Assembly (NCBI GenBank): GCA_001600815.1
Contig: BCKZ01000003.1
Coordinates: forward strand, 1,289,474 to 1,353,473
Length of the DNA stretch: 64,000 bases
Direction of reading: 5' to 3'
Source of the DNA: Alloascoidea hylecoeti
Taxonomy: Eukaryota
The notes below the pieces were generated by a model. It was not told the DNA's origin, searched no databases, and worked only from the letters and a program-made list of their open reading frames with translations. Positions 34,297 to 48,073 of the stretch are shown here, one piece after another (positions within the stretch are counted from its first letter, which is position 1; each line of letters starts with the position of its first letter). The position numbers and the translations under genes are program-made.

Positions 34297-37034
34297 ATGT
34301 CTTCATCATCGTCGTTAGAACATCTGGATACGTCCTCAAGGGAGATATTGAGAGCCTCACTGGTCAACTCTATCAGATCCAATGTCTTGCAATTGAAGGT
34401 TTCTAAGTCACATCTTAAGAAACTCGAAGAAATGATTGAAACAAAGAAGGATGAAGTATACAATCAGATAAATGATTACGGTAGACTCATGGGACTTCTA
34501 GAACCTGAATCCAAATTGGAAGATTTTCACTTCAATAGCTTCACGAAAGCTTCTTGGAATTTGATTAATTCCATAGAAATGAAAGACAATCCTATTGGAC
34601 TTGAAGATATCTTTCTAAAACGATTTCAATATAAGGGAGTAGTAAGTGTCAAAGAACCGGTAAGAGAGAAAGCTAGGTTATCCTTATCTCTAAATGGTGA
34701 TATAGAAAATAAAGAAAGTAATGATACACTTAATGGGAATTTGAATACACAAAGGCTTCATGCTAAAATAACAAGCTTGATTCCTTCTTTAAAAGAAATT
34801 CCAAATTCCAAATTTGCTGATAAATCAACGGATGAAAACTCCGTGAGTGCAGATATAGAGGGGGAAAAGTCTTCAGTGGAAAATCAACTAGTAGTTTATA
34901 GGAATGAAAATTTGGCTACTGAGATTGATAACCCAAGTGATACAGAGTTAATAGAACCTCCAACCCCCCACTTAGATATTTCTTCTATAAGTAAGGCATC
35001 AGAAGATTTTTTAGCTTCTCTAAAACCATCATTAAATAGAAAAATCCCTACTTCACCAAAAAATAGTGATGATAAATCTACCACCCTGAGTTTAACCCAA
35101 TCGAAGAATGAAGAATATAAAATCAAGGAGAGTCCCTTGCAGAGACGAGTTAATAACATACGTCCAGTCGGCCCTTCATTCAATTATCAGGAGCTTGACT
35201 ATATTCATCCACATTCAGATAATAATCTTTTCTACAAGTATTCAAAAGAGATGCGAGCCCAGGAATCTCGATTTGTAGAAACTATTTGCAGGTTGGGTGA
35301 TAGATCCAAATCAATGCCTGATTTTTTTTTAAGATTTGCAAGCTTTCATATCAACTTAAGAAAAAATGCGAAACAAGTCAATGAACGGGTTTCACAGGTG
35401 AACAAAAATGAGTACCCACATTTAGTTTCAATGGTTGATCTGTTTAATAATGAATTGATAAATTCACTAATGAAAGTTGATGAATTAGAAGGTGTAAAGC
35501 TTATGAATAATATATTTAATAAATCACACACGAAGAAGTGTACCACGCTTCCAGGTTTAGTAAAAATTGTTCGTGAAGTGCAATCTGACATGGGAATACC
35601 AAAAACTCCATTTAAACATTATCCAGCACATTATAAATTTACAATTAAGGATATGAAAAATACCAGAACGTTAAATAATGACTCAACAAGATATCCTTTA
35701 AAACGGAAATACGACGGAGATTTTGATCGTTTTGAAAACCCAGCTAAAAGAGGAAATGATTACTCAATAATGGGAAAAGATGTAGAAAATTCTAATGGCC
35801 ACAGAACTCAATCGGAGTCTTATGATAAGTATGCAAGGAACCGAGAGGATTCTTCTAAAAACCATTCGAACAGAAATGATCACAGCTATCAAGATTCCTA
35901 TAATCGTGCCCCCTCAAATCAATATCCATTGAAGGATAACATTGTAAGAGGCACCTATGACCTAAGGGGATCAACAAGTGCGAGATTCCAACCTAAAAAA
36001 GAAATTAGAGATGATATCGGTAATTTTCGAAAACCACCAGAATATCCCACATCAAACCGAATTGAGCGGTCATACACCGGCAATGTTAATGTTAAGCAAG
36101 AAGAAGATGAAAGCGCAATAGGAGGAAACGTTGAATCAGATATTTCTAATCCCTCCTCCACCTTGTGGAATACAGTAAATAATCCAACTATACCTCAATC
36201 CGGCTTGAATGGGATACCCTCAAACTATGTTGCCCCGTCTAATAAACTCATAGAGATGGCTTCAGCAAATAACCCTCCTCGTCCAGAGAGCCAGCTCTCT
36301 GATAAACAAACCAGCTACTTTTCAAATAACTCCAAATCTGATCCACCAAGAATGTTAAATCCTTTGTCATTACCAAACGAGTGTGTGAAGAGATTCAAAA
36401 ATAGTAAAATACCTTTAACTGAAAGTTTTAGAATGTACTTTAATTCTCTTACATTGAAAGATGGTGACATGTTTCAAACAAAAAGTGAAGCAAACTTTTT
36501 AATATTTATTACCCTTACTATTAAAGGTATTGATTTCAAATTGAAAAATGGATTTTATGCAGGATCAGAATTTGGGGCTTATCATTGTGAAAATTGTGGG
36601 AAATTGTTGATACAGGTTATAAAGGTTTGTAATTCTTTTTTCATAAATAGATTCTTTGGAGAAAGAAAACTACTAACTAACATTTTATTATTATATAACA
36701 GTATGAACAATCAGATCATTGGGTAGCAAAATTCTTTGATCCCGATACCTGTCATATTGATCGAAATGATCTAAAAGTTACAGGCAAAATTTCAGCTTAT
36801 CAGCAAATGTATAAGCTTGTTAGGCCATTTACAAAAGATATAAAAAATGCCATAATCAATATATTACAAGCTCTATTTTATAACCGGATTTATATCAAAG
36901 ATGCTCAAAAAACTGCCATACTTAAAGAGGGTCATATTATTTCTTATGATAAGCCTTCTTTACCTGATGAACAACATCATTTTGCTTTGTATCAAACAAT
37001 TTCAAAGATTGAAATATTAGCTGAAAAACAATAG
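34297..37034 (+). CDS. uncharacterised protein with N-terminal coiled coil and C-terminal MuDR/FAR1-like Zn domain (paralog 1); exons 34297-36624 and 36702-37034
   Basis: Intron GTTTGT...TACTAAC...CAG joins two ORFs in frame. The C-terminus aligns with the gene at 40623. Confidence 0.8.
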
Positions 37035-37857
37035 CTGTACATATGTATTATAGTATCTTTATATATAAAGATAAATTAATGAAATTTTCAGAAGGTTTGA
37101 TCCAATGGAATTACCGGAATTAATTGGAAATTAAACGCTGTACCACAAATTATAAGAAATCGGTAACTAATATTAATGATGAATAATAAAATAAAAAAGT
37201 AGCTTTTTATATATATTTGCTATATGATTAATCCGAGGTTTTAAAGTACCTTTATATATCACTATTAAACTTTATCATGTATAAAATATTATACGAATCT
37301 CAGTACTCTTATATATATAAACAAGTTATCATTAACAAGGAACTAAGTTTTAAGAATGTGTTTGTAAAAAGCCTACATGTATGGTACAGTAACATACAAC
37401 AGAATGCTAGTAATATGCTTTTCAGACTAGTTAACTAAAACTCAATGATATAGTATTTTAGTTATTTCCTTATGAAGCTCTATAACTCTTCATGTTATAA
37501 TTTTAAGTTGAAATTGAAAAACTAGAAGGATTATTTAGTTGAAAAGTCTTTGGTGAATTAATGTTTGATTCTGACATTTAAATATATATCAGAGGTAAAT
37601 GATATTGAAAGTGTATTTAATAGGTTTTTCTAAATATTACTAAACATAAAGTTGATTACTCAAAAATAGTTTGCTGTGATAATAAGGGAAGAGGACATTA
37701 TACATGAGCATCTTAATAGTGTTACATTATGATAATGAAGTTGAGAATTAATGGTCTGTTAAAGTTGAGAATCATAATTTAAGATAGTTATTAATTGCTT
37801 TGAGTTCAATGTCTCTAAAGAGTCAAGGAAGAAATTAATTAAAATCTTTCAAGATTA

Positions 37858-39181
37858 ATATAAGTGTTTTAAATATTTACTCCTTAAATTTGTGGTAAAA
37901 TCATAATTAACAAGACCACCGTCTATAGTCAAAATAGACAATCTTTTTGAATCAGCAAAAGCTTTCAAAAAGGACTTAATATATCTTTAAATTTATAAAC
38001 CATTAGTGGTTCTAGATCATTCAAATTCCAAATCTTAGTAGTATAATCAAAATTAACAGAAAAGATCATATCGTTAACTACAAATAATGAAACTGTTCCT
38101 TCATTAGAACTTTTTTTATTCTAGTTGTTTGTAAATCCAGAACTGTTATTCTGTTGGTTTTAAGAACAAATAAGTATTGATCATTTAGTGTAATGGAATT
38201 TAGAAGATTATACTGAAATTCTTGATCATTTTACCTGTTTCAATATTCCAGGTTTTTACATTGTAATACCCTGTATTAGAAGGAATTCCATTACGAGTAG
38301 AAACACTTTTGATGCAACCTCTTCTTTTAAATCGTGTTGTAAATTAAACTGCAGTTGATCTTCAGAATCAAAACTTGATTTCCAAATAGCAATATTCATA
38401 AGAAGATATAATGTAGTCATTGTATAAGATGACAACCATTACAGATAATTTATTACCAATTGGCCTTGGTATTATCAAACGAGTTGTTGGTTTAAAATCT
38501 GATAATTTAATACAAGAACCATCAAAAGAAGAGAACCAAATATTTATCATTAATATCCAAACAATTAACTTCACCCATATATGAAATTCGGTATTTATAT
38601 CCTTTGTCAATTCCAATATCTCCGCATTTGACAAGTCCTTTTTTGAATTTGGTTCATCTAATACTTTTAAACATTCAAGATTTCATTATCCCAAATTTTT
38701 ATTGTACTATCTATTAAGCTAGTTAAAATCAGGTTTTAAAACATTTAACAGAATATGTATTGGGGAATTTACGGTTTAATTTATGTAGTGTGAAATCATC
38801 CAATTTAATTCTAAAAGAAATTGTTAAAGTTCAAAGTGCCTGTTCTCCCAGTTGCGCCAAAAAGCCAATCGACTCTTTAGTGAACTGTTCTAAGAGTGTA
38901 ATATATATCCAACAGAAATCGTTCCTTATATAATTCAAACCACGAATCAGTTTCGACATCAACATTATAGTAGTTCCAATATTTTTTCATCTTCAAGCTT
39001 TGATCCCTATAATCTTTAACTATTTTATTCCATGATTTAGAAACTCTTCTATAATGAGTAAAGTTGTTGGTGTCAAATTTGAGAAGATATTTTCAGATAG
39101 ATGAAAACAAAATTGATCTTGAAGATTCTTAAGTGTGTTAAAATGATCGATTATAGTCTGTAAATTCTTGTGTGAAGGCAT
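37858..39181 (-). pseudogene. near full-length degenerate F-box/WD40 pseudogene with an internal insertion (~38820-38915)
   Basis: ATG at 39181, F-box remnants, ETDSWFELYKER, MINIWFSSFDGSC, WNIETG, tail NLRSKYLKHL; many indels. Confidence 0.85.
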
Positions 39182-40622
39182 ATTTCAACTGTTAAAATGG
39201 TTGTTACTACGGGGTTCCAATAAATATTAAATGGGGTTTTTAATCACAAATAAGGAGAAAAGAAAAGGGTTATTTTTGTTTTGGAGTGATTAATTTAGAC
39301 TTCTAGATCTAGATATATATGCAGATGCATACTAGGAGGCTACCATATATGGCTCTGCACATATACATAATTACTATATATGAATCTACATTTATGCAGA
39401 AAAACCTTATAAGGTTAATGGACATAAAAACTGAAGATGAATTTCGTCGCAATCATCACAATTATTCTTTTCATATCTCTTGATCTGATCCAGATCTAGA
39501 TGGATGCACATTTGGCTCACAAATGATTGGGAGTCGGGGTTGTAAGTCATAGTTTCATCACATTATACTCTTGTCACCATACTCTTCCTATCCATTTGCA
39601 ATTGGAATGGGATATTTACATATTTTTTTGATACCTTGTTCAGACTGTCGACTATGTTGAGCTACGAAGTTAAGTTAATATCCGATAATACATAATCTGT
39701 AGCAATTGTTCCCCGGATCTGAATTCTTATATGACCCTCTTTTAATGTTCCCCTCCTCCATAAACTTTCTTTCTACCAGTGCCCTTCTCATCACTTTTAT
39801 TTCGCCATCTGCTTTTATTTACCGAATAATTGCAATACCATCTTTTGAAAACATAGCATCTTTCATTAGCGATAGTTTTCCACTAGACCGTCACTTCATA
39901 TACTTCTTTGATAAACTCTAAATTGATCTTTCTTTGAAACTTCTTCGTAACAGCCGAATATCGAGTGTTTCCTCTTGGACTTTTTTATAAAGCCCTTGTC
40001 TCTCCCTGCGATCTCGCAAAAATACGTTAGCTTTACGCTATTTTGTTTGGTCTCTACAGTGCAGTGGGTTTGTAATTGATCCAGACGGACGCGTCCCGAT
40101 TCTTTGGCTTCAACACAAAATCAGTATCAGTATAGGGGTGACCTGATCCGACTAAATAGACGAGATATTTTTAGTTCAGAGTCATCTACTAGCATTGGTT
40201 AAAAATGATTAAGATTTCGATGCATAAGATATGATCAAGTAAGAAATTTACGAGTTCTGAGTAAATCAAGGTCTGACCATCGATCCGTGGTCCTCAAAAT
40301 AAGGCTATAAATGGAAGGAAAAAAAAGTGAATTCATTCATAAAATCTCATGTAATATTGATTCAGATTATTGAAACTCTACTCTGATTGGCCAATTAATC
40401 CCGCAATTGTGGCGTATAAATTAATAGAAAACTATTTAAACAGTGAATAGTCCCCTTATTTTTATACAATGTCAGTAGAGTTGGCAATCTTTAAAAGTTT
40501 CTTTCCCTCACTTTTTTTAAATCTTAATGCTATCACAATATTTTTCATCAAAATCAATAAATTTTTACGATATTACTTAAAAGAAACTCTTTTAAATTTT
40601 TTTTCTGTTATAAAATAAAATA

Positions 40623-43560
40623 ATGTCGTATCAACAATATCAACAATCATCTAGTGAGCTTTTAAAGTCAGAAATGTTAAATTCGTTAAAAAATAGCCGT
40701 AATGAAATAATAAATGTTAAGAAAAATTTAGAAAATCTTCAGAAATTATTTGAAATTAAAGTAACTGAATATAATAAGAATTTAAAAGAATTTCATGAAT
40801 TGTTTGGTTCTACTCGAAACTTGGGAAATAATTTAAACACTACTGGTTTTAATCAGCAACAACAAAGAGACGATGGTGGTTGGAATCACACAATTCGTCC
40901 GTCAACTTCCAGTGCACCTATATTACCAACTCAAAACAATCCTTCTCATTATCAACAAATCCCCCCTTCAACCACTTCGTCGATCGATTCTAATTTAAGA
41001 CCCCAATATATATCAAATGTAAATAACGGTAGTTTGCAATCTTCTAGTGGAATTCAAAATCGAGATATGACTCCTACTTATATTCAACAATTAAGGGATG
41101 TTGCCAATTCACATCATCGAAATAGTTCTTCTAGCACATATAGCCAAATTATTGGGAATCAGATATCAACAAATAATATCCAATCCTCTAATGGAACTGC
41201 ACAAACTCAAGGTATGGTTCCTAATTATATTCAGCAACCAATAGATGTTGCTAATCTACATCATCGAAATAGTTCTACTAGCACAATGTCTAGCCAAATT
41301 AGAGGAAGTCAGTTTCCAACAAATAATGTACAATCATCTGGACAAACCACTCATATAAATGAAGTAGAACAAAGAATATTTGCTCTTGCTAGGATGGATA
41401 TTTTAGCATCGATTCAAAAAAAGGTTCAAAATTATGTTAATCAATCTCCAATTCTTGAAAATAACGCTATGAATATTGCTTCATTTAAACAGCCTGAGAA
41501 TAATTCTGTACCTTACAACAATAATACTCCAATTCTCACTTCTACTTTATCGACACCAGCAACTTCTATAAATATGGATAGAGGTGATAATGACAAAAAT
41601 AATGAAACAGATATCGATAATGATTTTACCCCTTTAAACGATGTGGTAGAAATTTCAGATGGCGAAGAAAATATCAAAAGTAGGAGATCTCGTTCAAGGG
41701 AATTGGGAGTTGACAGCGTTGAAGATCAACCGGCTGAGAAAAGACAAAAAATCTCAAATGATGTTATAATTAGTGAACGTGTAACACTGAATGATAATCA
41801 TATTGATTCAAATTCAGGTAATGTAAGGGGTACTGAAAATTCTAGTAATAATGAAGTTTCACCTACATCATGCGTGAAAGAAGCCGAATCAACTCTAGTT
41901 TCTGGTCCTGAGGAAGATGAAGTCGTTCATCAGAATTTGAATCAAGAAGAAGATTGTGACGCAGGTTGTATGAATATGATGGAAAATATTGGTTTGAGGT
42001 CTGTTGATTCACGTGAATCAGTTATTGAGGATAAAAAACTGTCTAATTCCACATCTTTGGAAAAAGAAAAGAGTATAGTTCATTCATCACTGCAAGATGA
42101 ATTAAAAAAGTTTTTACATCAGAAGACTACTTTCCTTTCGGATTATCGTCTTAAGGAGTTCAATCGGTTTCAAGATTGGTTATCTCAGGAGAAGAAAAGT
42201 TTTGATAAAACTGTTGTATCTGGAGATAATCAAGATGATGAGAGGGTGGAAGATTTAATGGAGTCCGGGTCACGTTCGTTTATGAGGGAAAAGTTGAGTG
42301 AAAGTGAACCCAAACAACTCTCAACATCAACTTCCCGAAGTTCTGTGGCACCTTCGTGTGTTGAGGGGGCTGAGGATGAGATAAAGGCGGGACACGAAGG
42401 TAATCATCGTAGTACTAGGCATAGTAGTACCAGTATTACCGCGGATAGTAGTTTAGGTGGATCACCGGTTGTGTGTATAAGCTTTACTTCTCCACCTTCT
42501 CCTAAAGATTTGCTAGCAAAAGATGTTTCTAAGCACTGTAGATTGAAGGAAACACCTACAGGTGTAGGTGAGAAGGTAAGCAGTGGGATGTATAAGGAGA
42601 CGGTGAACGAAACAGAAAAAACTGAAATTGGCTCGCCGTCTCCCCATATATCGACCAATGATGTTGTGCCTTCTTCTAGAAACGTAAATCATTCTTTGGA
42701 AGCCGAAAGTCTTGAAGCTAGCGGTGGAGAAGGTAACCCATCAGCAGAAGGTAACCCATCAGAAGTAGGTGCTGTAAATTTAACTTCAGCTAAATCTGGA
42801 GTCATCTCTCGTTCTCAAGTGATCTCTCGTTCTCAAGTGAATCGGGAACAGCAAAGCAATAGTTTGAAATCTACAATAGTTATCGAGCCACCTAAGTTGC
42901 CAAGCAGTGTGCTCAATAAGATAAAAAGTGCGAGAATACCACTGGTTTTAATCTTCAGGCAATATTTTGATTCTATTATTCCAGAAAAAGAAGACTGTTT
43001 TAAGACAAAAAGTGAGGTCAATTTTCACATGTTCATCTTCTTCATTAACAATGGTATTGATTTCAGACTCTCCACCAAGAAGCACGATTATGTTTATGAG
43101 ACTCTTGGGTATCATTGTCGGAAATGTTCAGTGATGTTGTCCATCGTGGAAGAGGTAAGTTAATCTTTTGCTAATTAAGTATATTCAGTCTAAAACTCTA
43201 ACTTTATTGAAAAAGGATATAAAATCCAGGAAATGGATTGTCAAATACATGAATGAACATCATTCGAATTGTCACATTAATCGAGATGATATCATTGCTA
43301 AGGGAAAGCTTAATGCTTTTCAACAACTATACAAATTTGTTAAGCCTTTTGCCAATGGATGTGTTGCAGGCATCGTCTTAAAAATTCTACAAGATCTCTT
43401 ATATAAACGAGTTTATTTGAAAGAATCTAACCAGGTCGGTGTATATGATAAGAAAGGGATACTACAAATAGTAAAGGTTTGGAATCCACAAATTATTCAA
43501 CAACAATATTTTTCTCTTTACATCTTAGTACATAAATTAGAGAAACTTGATACAGATTAA
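40623..43560 (+). CDS. uncharacterised protein, paralog 2 (coiled coil, low-complexity middle, MuDR/FAR1-like Zn domain); exons 40623-43154 and 43216-43560
   Basis: Intron GTAAGT...CTCTAAC...AAG at the same position and phase as in paralog 1; shared F.TKSE.NF..GIDF.L..YHC..C...W..K...CHI.R motif. Confidence 0.8.
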
Positions 43561-43978
43561 ACTGAGAGAAGAAACTTTCAGAGTTATAATTATGTATATT
43601 AGCATTAATGAATTTTATGAGTAGCATTTTATGTATTTTACAATATTGATATATGAAATAAATAAATAATGAATTGCATATATATAGAATAGTGTATGAT
43701 GACAGCAATTGTCTAAATAAACTAAAGTAGATATGAGGTGTTTAATATCTTTCTTCCTCAACCTCTAACGATAAATTCTGTGTGTGAACTTATTAATTAG
43801 ATATGTTACTGATCATATCTAATATCTTGCAATTGCTGTATGGGCCAGCAATTCGTTTTAACCTAATGATAATGACCTCCATTAACTAAATTTGGGCCAA
43901 GGTAGTTTCTATAATTGATGTAGGGTTGTATGCTCCACCACTATAGCCAAATTTACATTATAGAGATCTAAACTAAAA

Positions 43979-46447
43979 ATGGATCGATTTCAAGATGTTA
44001 CTATTGGGTTGTTACAACAAATCCAGAATCCCGACTCAGATATAGATGTTAAGAAGGATTTTTCCAAAAGGACTAACATTAAAGAGCATTGGAGTATAAA
44101 TAAAAGTGTCAGTGCTCAACTCAGATCTGCCATCAATACTAATATTGCAAGCGACGAGACACCACTTTTGAGAATTATACCCAGGCATGATTTTTACATT
44201 GATACCGACACGGAACATCTGTTGTTTCCCTTGGATGATATGCCTTCTTTTATTGTTAATGAGTATCCGGGTGCTATCACGTTTGAATCATTCAACACTA
44301 AATTTGAGAAACAGGATGCGATGTGTATCCAAAACATTAAGAAGACGACTCATGAAACATTCAAGCTTACAACGGAAGCAAAACGATATCTCTTGGAATC
44401 ACTCGATGATAAAATAGAACAACTTTCAAACATTAAGATGGATAAAATTCCTATAAAAGTAGTGATTAATATGATACTTTTTCAAATGACTATCTCAATC
44501 ACTAACATACTTTTGATTATTTAAATATACAGAGCACTTACTATTTCGATGAATCATCGTTATTCCCAGTTTCAGATGATGAAATGAGTATATCTAAATT
44601 GGATCATTTATCGCCTATTCAAATTAGCAGCGCCGATTCCTCAAAACTCTTCTCAGATTCAATAAACCATGATAATGATATTAACATTGATACATCTTTT
44701 ACAATAAATGATGTCAAATTACCCATAACTCCCCAGAAAAAGAACTTTTTATACTTCGACACCCCAACCCTTCCTGAATCCGACAAGAAAATAATCAATT
44801 TCGAACCAACATTTTCAGAAATATCTCCATCAGCAATACTTGGTCTATCTGAATCATTCAAGAATATTGAAAATAATCTTTTAAAATTAGTTGAGGAAGA
44901 AATCCTTGAAGAAGAAATGGATAATGGTGGATTATATAAAGTCCGGGTTCCAGTTATTGATAATAAATTTGATGATGATAATGAAGCTGTTAATTTTGTT
45001 GATTTATACTTAAATTCCTTGGATTATATCCCCTCTCCAAGATCACTTGAATTGAGTTGGATTCCATTTAGAGAAGAGAAAATACCAGAGGAGTCACTTC
45101 AGTTGGTTGGCATGATTGATGAGGTAGTTGCTGATATTATAGAAAAAGAGATACCCCTTCAACCTCTTAAATGCTTAAGATGCAAGTATGGTGATACTTT
45201 AGATGAATTAGAGCTAACATTGACACAAATTGGCAATGATACAAGTAGTCTAGTAGATATTACAGTTGACTTAACTTTTGATGATCCTGAGGTAATAACA
45301 ATTGAAGATGAAGATGAAGATGATAATGAACAAACAGTCACGAATCCAAGCCTTAAACGGCAACAATCGAGCTATGACTTGGAACTTGAAGCTCTAGCAA
45401 AACACAAAACCAAGAAGTTAGCTAGCTCATCAATTGAAACACTAGACAGTTCAAACTCTAGGCTTAACTCATTATTAAGTATGCTTGAATTTTCATCTAA
45501 TACAATAGGTCTCTCAAACTTCGAAGAAGAAAAAGAAAAAGAAACTAAAGACCAATCAGAATCTTTAATTCAGTGTACAGAATTTCTGGATGAAATAACA
45601 CACAATTTTGATGAAACTAAAAATAATGATTATCATTATGAAGGGGAATTATTAAGTGATAGAATGATTGTTACAAACACGACATATCTTCATAATTATA
45701 GAAGTTTAATTACCTCTCTTGAAAATAATTTAAAAATTAGAATTTGTGATTTAGAATTAGGTATTGATGAAGCAGATTTTTATTTATCTGAAAAAGTTGG
45801 AGCAGTAATTTTAACATTATCAGCTATACGACAAATATCATTAACAGGAGAATATATTTCTCTTGAAAGAATTGAAAAAATATCAAATAAAACATTTGGA
45901 GTAATTGTGATAATTTTAATAGATTCAAAAGAATTAGATTCAAATCAAGAAAGAGAAAGATTAAAAAAATTTATAAATTTGCTTGAAGGAATAAATACAA
46001 TTGAATATCGCATAATTGAAAGTATTAAAAAAGATTATATTGAATCTATGGTTGAACTATGTAGGGAGTTTTGTTTTATAAATGATGATGATTTGATATC
46101 TATTCTTGCGAAAGATACGGAGGTATGTGCTTCTTTGATTATATCAACAATTCTTCTAATTACTATGAAAATTAACAATATAAATAATAGGAAGAGTTGT
46201 ATCTCAATCAATTGGGTTTAAACAGGATAGCTTCAAAATTTGTTTTAACACAAATAGGAATCGAAGATTTCATGCAGATAGAAGATGAAGTTAGAATACA
46301 CTGCTTTAATGATGTGATAAGTTTGGATAATTTGGTGAGTTTCATAATATTACAGATCTAGATATTTAACAAGTGATGATTAACGTATATATTTAGTTCA
46401 TGATTAACGAACAGATTCAAAATCTCAGAGGAACTAATAATGTTTGA
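43979..46447 (+). CDS. Zip2/SHOC1-like meiotic XPF-domain protein; exons ~43979-44458, 44533-46122, 46191-46334, 46397-46447
   Basis: Three in-frame phase-0 introns (the first donor is 44459 or 44462). XPF/ERCC4-like ADFYLSEKVGAVILTL, followed by HhH-like EELYLNQLGLNRIASKFVL. Confidence 0.6.
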
Positions 46448-46737
46448 AATTTCATGATTAACCTTGAATACTATTTAAACATTAACAGCAATCCCCAAGG
46501 GTTATAATTATATAGGCTTATAAACCATCTCTCCAAAGTATCCATGAATTAATTTATATTATCCTCTTCACGCGAATCATTTCTCTTATATGGCTGATAT
46601 TGACGCATATTAATATTGTAATTGCGAGCAACATGTAATATTAATTGACTAAGTTATGGAGAGTTGATATTATTAAATACATTTCAATTAATTAATGATG
46701 GTTTTAAACAATAAAGTTTATTTTCAATTTTCAATAG

Positions 46738-46960
46738 ATTACTGGTAGTAAAATCATAAATAACAACATTACCATTCGTAAATAAAATAGCTAGCCTTTT
46801 TGAATTAACACAAATTGATGAAGGGCATTGTGTAAAAATATACAAGGCTTAAAATCATATTCAAAATTCTTAAATTGTTTAAATAATTTTTGATTAGTTA
46901 AATTTTAAATCTTAATACTACAATCAAAATTAATAGAAATGATTACAATTATCAATATTT
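46738..46960 (-). pseudogene. F-box/WD40 C-terminal fragment
   Basis: The reverse complement encodes IISINFDCSIKI...SICVNSKRLA..GNVVIYDFT and is followed by the family 3' motif taatctattgaaaattgaaaataaa. Confidence 0.8.
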
Positions 46961-47004
46961 ACTTATAACTAATTTACGAACTAAAGCAATCATATTGTCA
47001 ACTA

Positions 47005-47800
47005 TAGTTAATGCAACTGGTATGGTAGAAGACTTAGTTGGAGAGAATTGACCCCATTCCGCCCAGATAAACGCGTCCGAGTTCACCATCAAACGCGCCA
47101 TTAACGCAGAGGGTTTTCATCGACGTTCAGCCTACAAACGACCTTTTGTTTCCAAGAGAAACATTGTCGTTAGATATTCATATGCCAAGGGGCACGCTAC
47201 CAAAAATATAGACTATTAGCGGAAACATTTATATGGAGACGAAACGTCCTTTAACACATCCATCAGAGGAAAAACTTAGGTCACAAGACGAGCAGCAGAA
47301 AAATTCAATCAGGACTGCGTTGAACTTAATTTTGCAAGTGGACGTAGTTCGGTGATGATATGGGGAGGTATTGGGTTTAATTATAAAAGTCCATTGGTGA
47401 TTTTCAAGAAGGAGAAGGGAAAGGGTATAGATCATCAAATGTATCTGAAACAGGTATTAGAACCAGTGGTAGGATCTTGTTTTAATACGATATTCAAAGT
47501 ATCAGAAGGTGCCGAGTATGTTGAAGATGGGATAAAGTTGTTGTGTGAAGCTAAACGAATGTTGAATATTCCAATTCATAATCGTCCGGCTTCATCCCCG
47601 GACTTCAATCCGATAGGAGATATTTGGAAAATACTCAAGCAGCGCATCAAGGCTCGATTAGTATTCCCGAATACATTAGAAAAGATGGAAGCCGTTTTAT
47701 TTGAAGAATGGAAGAATAACATATGAAGAAATCAATAAATATACCTGCTCGAATTTCAACTACTTGAAAGAAAAGGGCTACAGATTATTGAAGCTTAAGA
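47005..47800 (+). mobile_element. Tc1/mariner DDE transposase relic (several stops, no TIRs seen)
   Basis: TIKRAINAEGF.RR.A.KRPF, GDETSF, SVMIWGGIG, RPASSPDFNPIGDIW (catalytic E replaced by G). Confidence 0.88.
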
Positions 47801-48073
47801 ATAATAACGTAACTTGATTATTAAATACTACATATATGAATGTATCTGAAAAGTTTTATTTCAATTTGATTTTAGGTAGTTTAGTTAATAAATATGTAAT
47901 GTGAAAAATGAAAGGAATTCTCATTTGGGCGTAAGGAAACAAGAGTGCCATTTCTTTTGCAGGGTACTGGTACAGTAGATTTCCCAAAAAAGTATAACCC
48001 CTTCCTTTCTTCCCAGTTTGTTGTTATCGGAAACAACCATAATATTACTGGCAGGCTTTTAAACAATAACAAT

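Noticed and set aside
39420..40100. Minus-strand protein-like text (KRWYCNYSVNK...GTGRKK) as a transposase relic
   Set aside because: Many stops and no diagnostic motif; needs a translated search.
47945..48073. N-terminal extensions from GTG/TTG starts on F-box ORFs (also 8650, 54138, 58268) and on PDE1 (61746)
   Set aside because: Eukaryotic context; paralog alignment places the starts at downstream ATGs.
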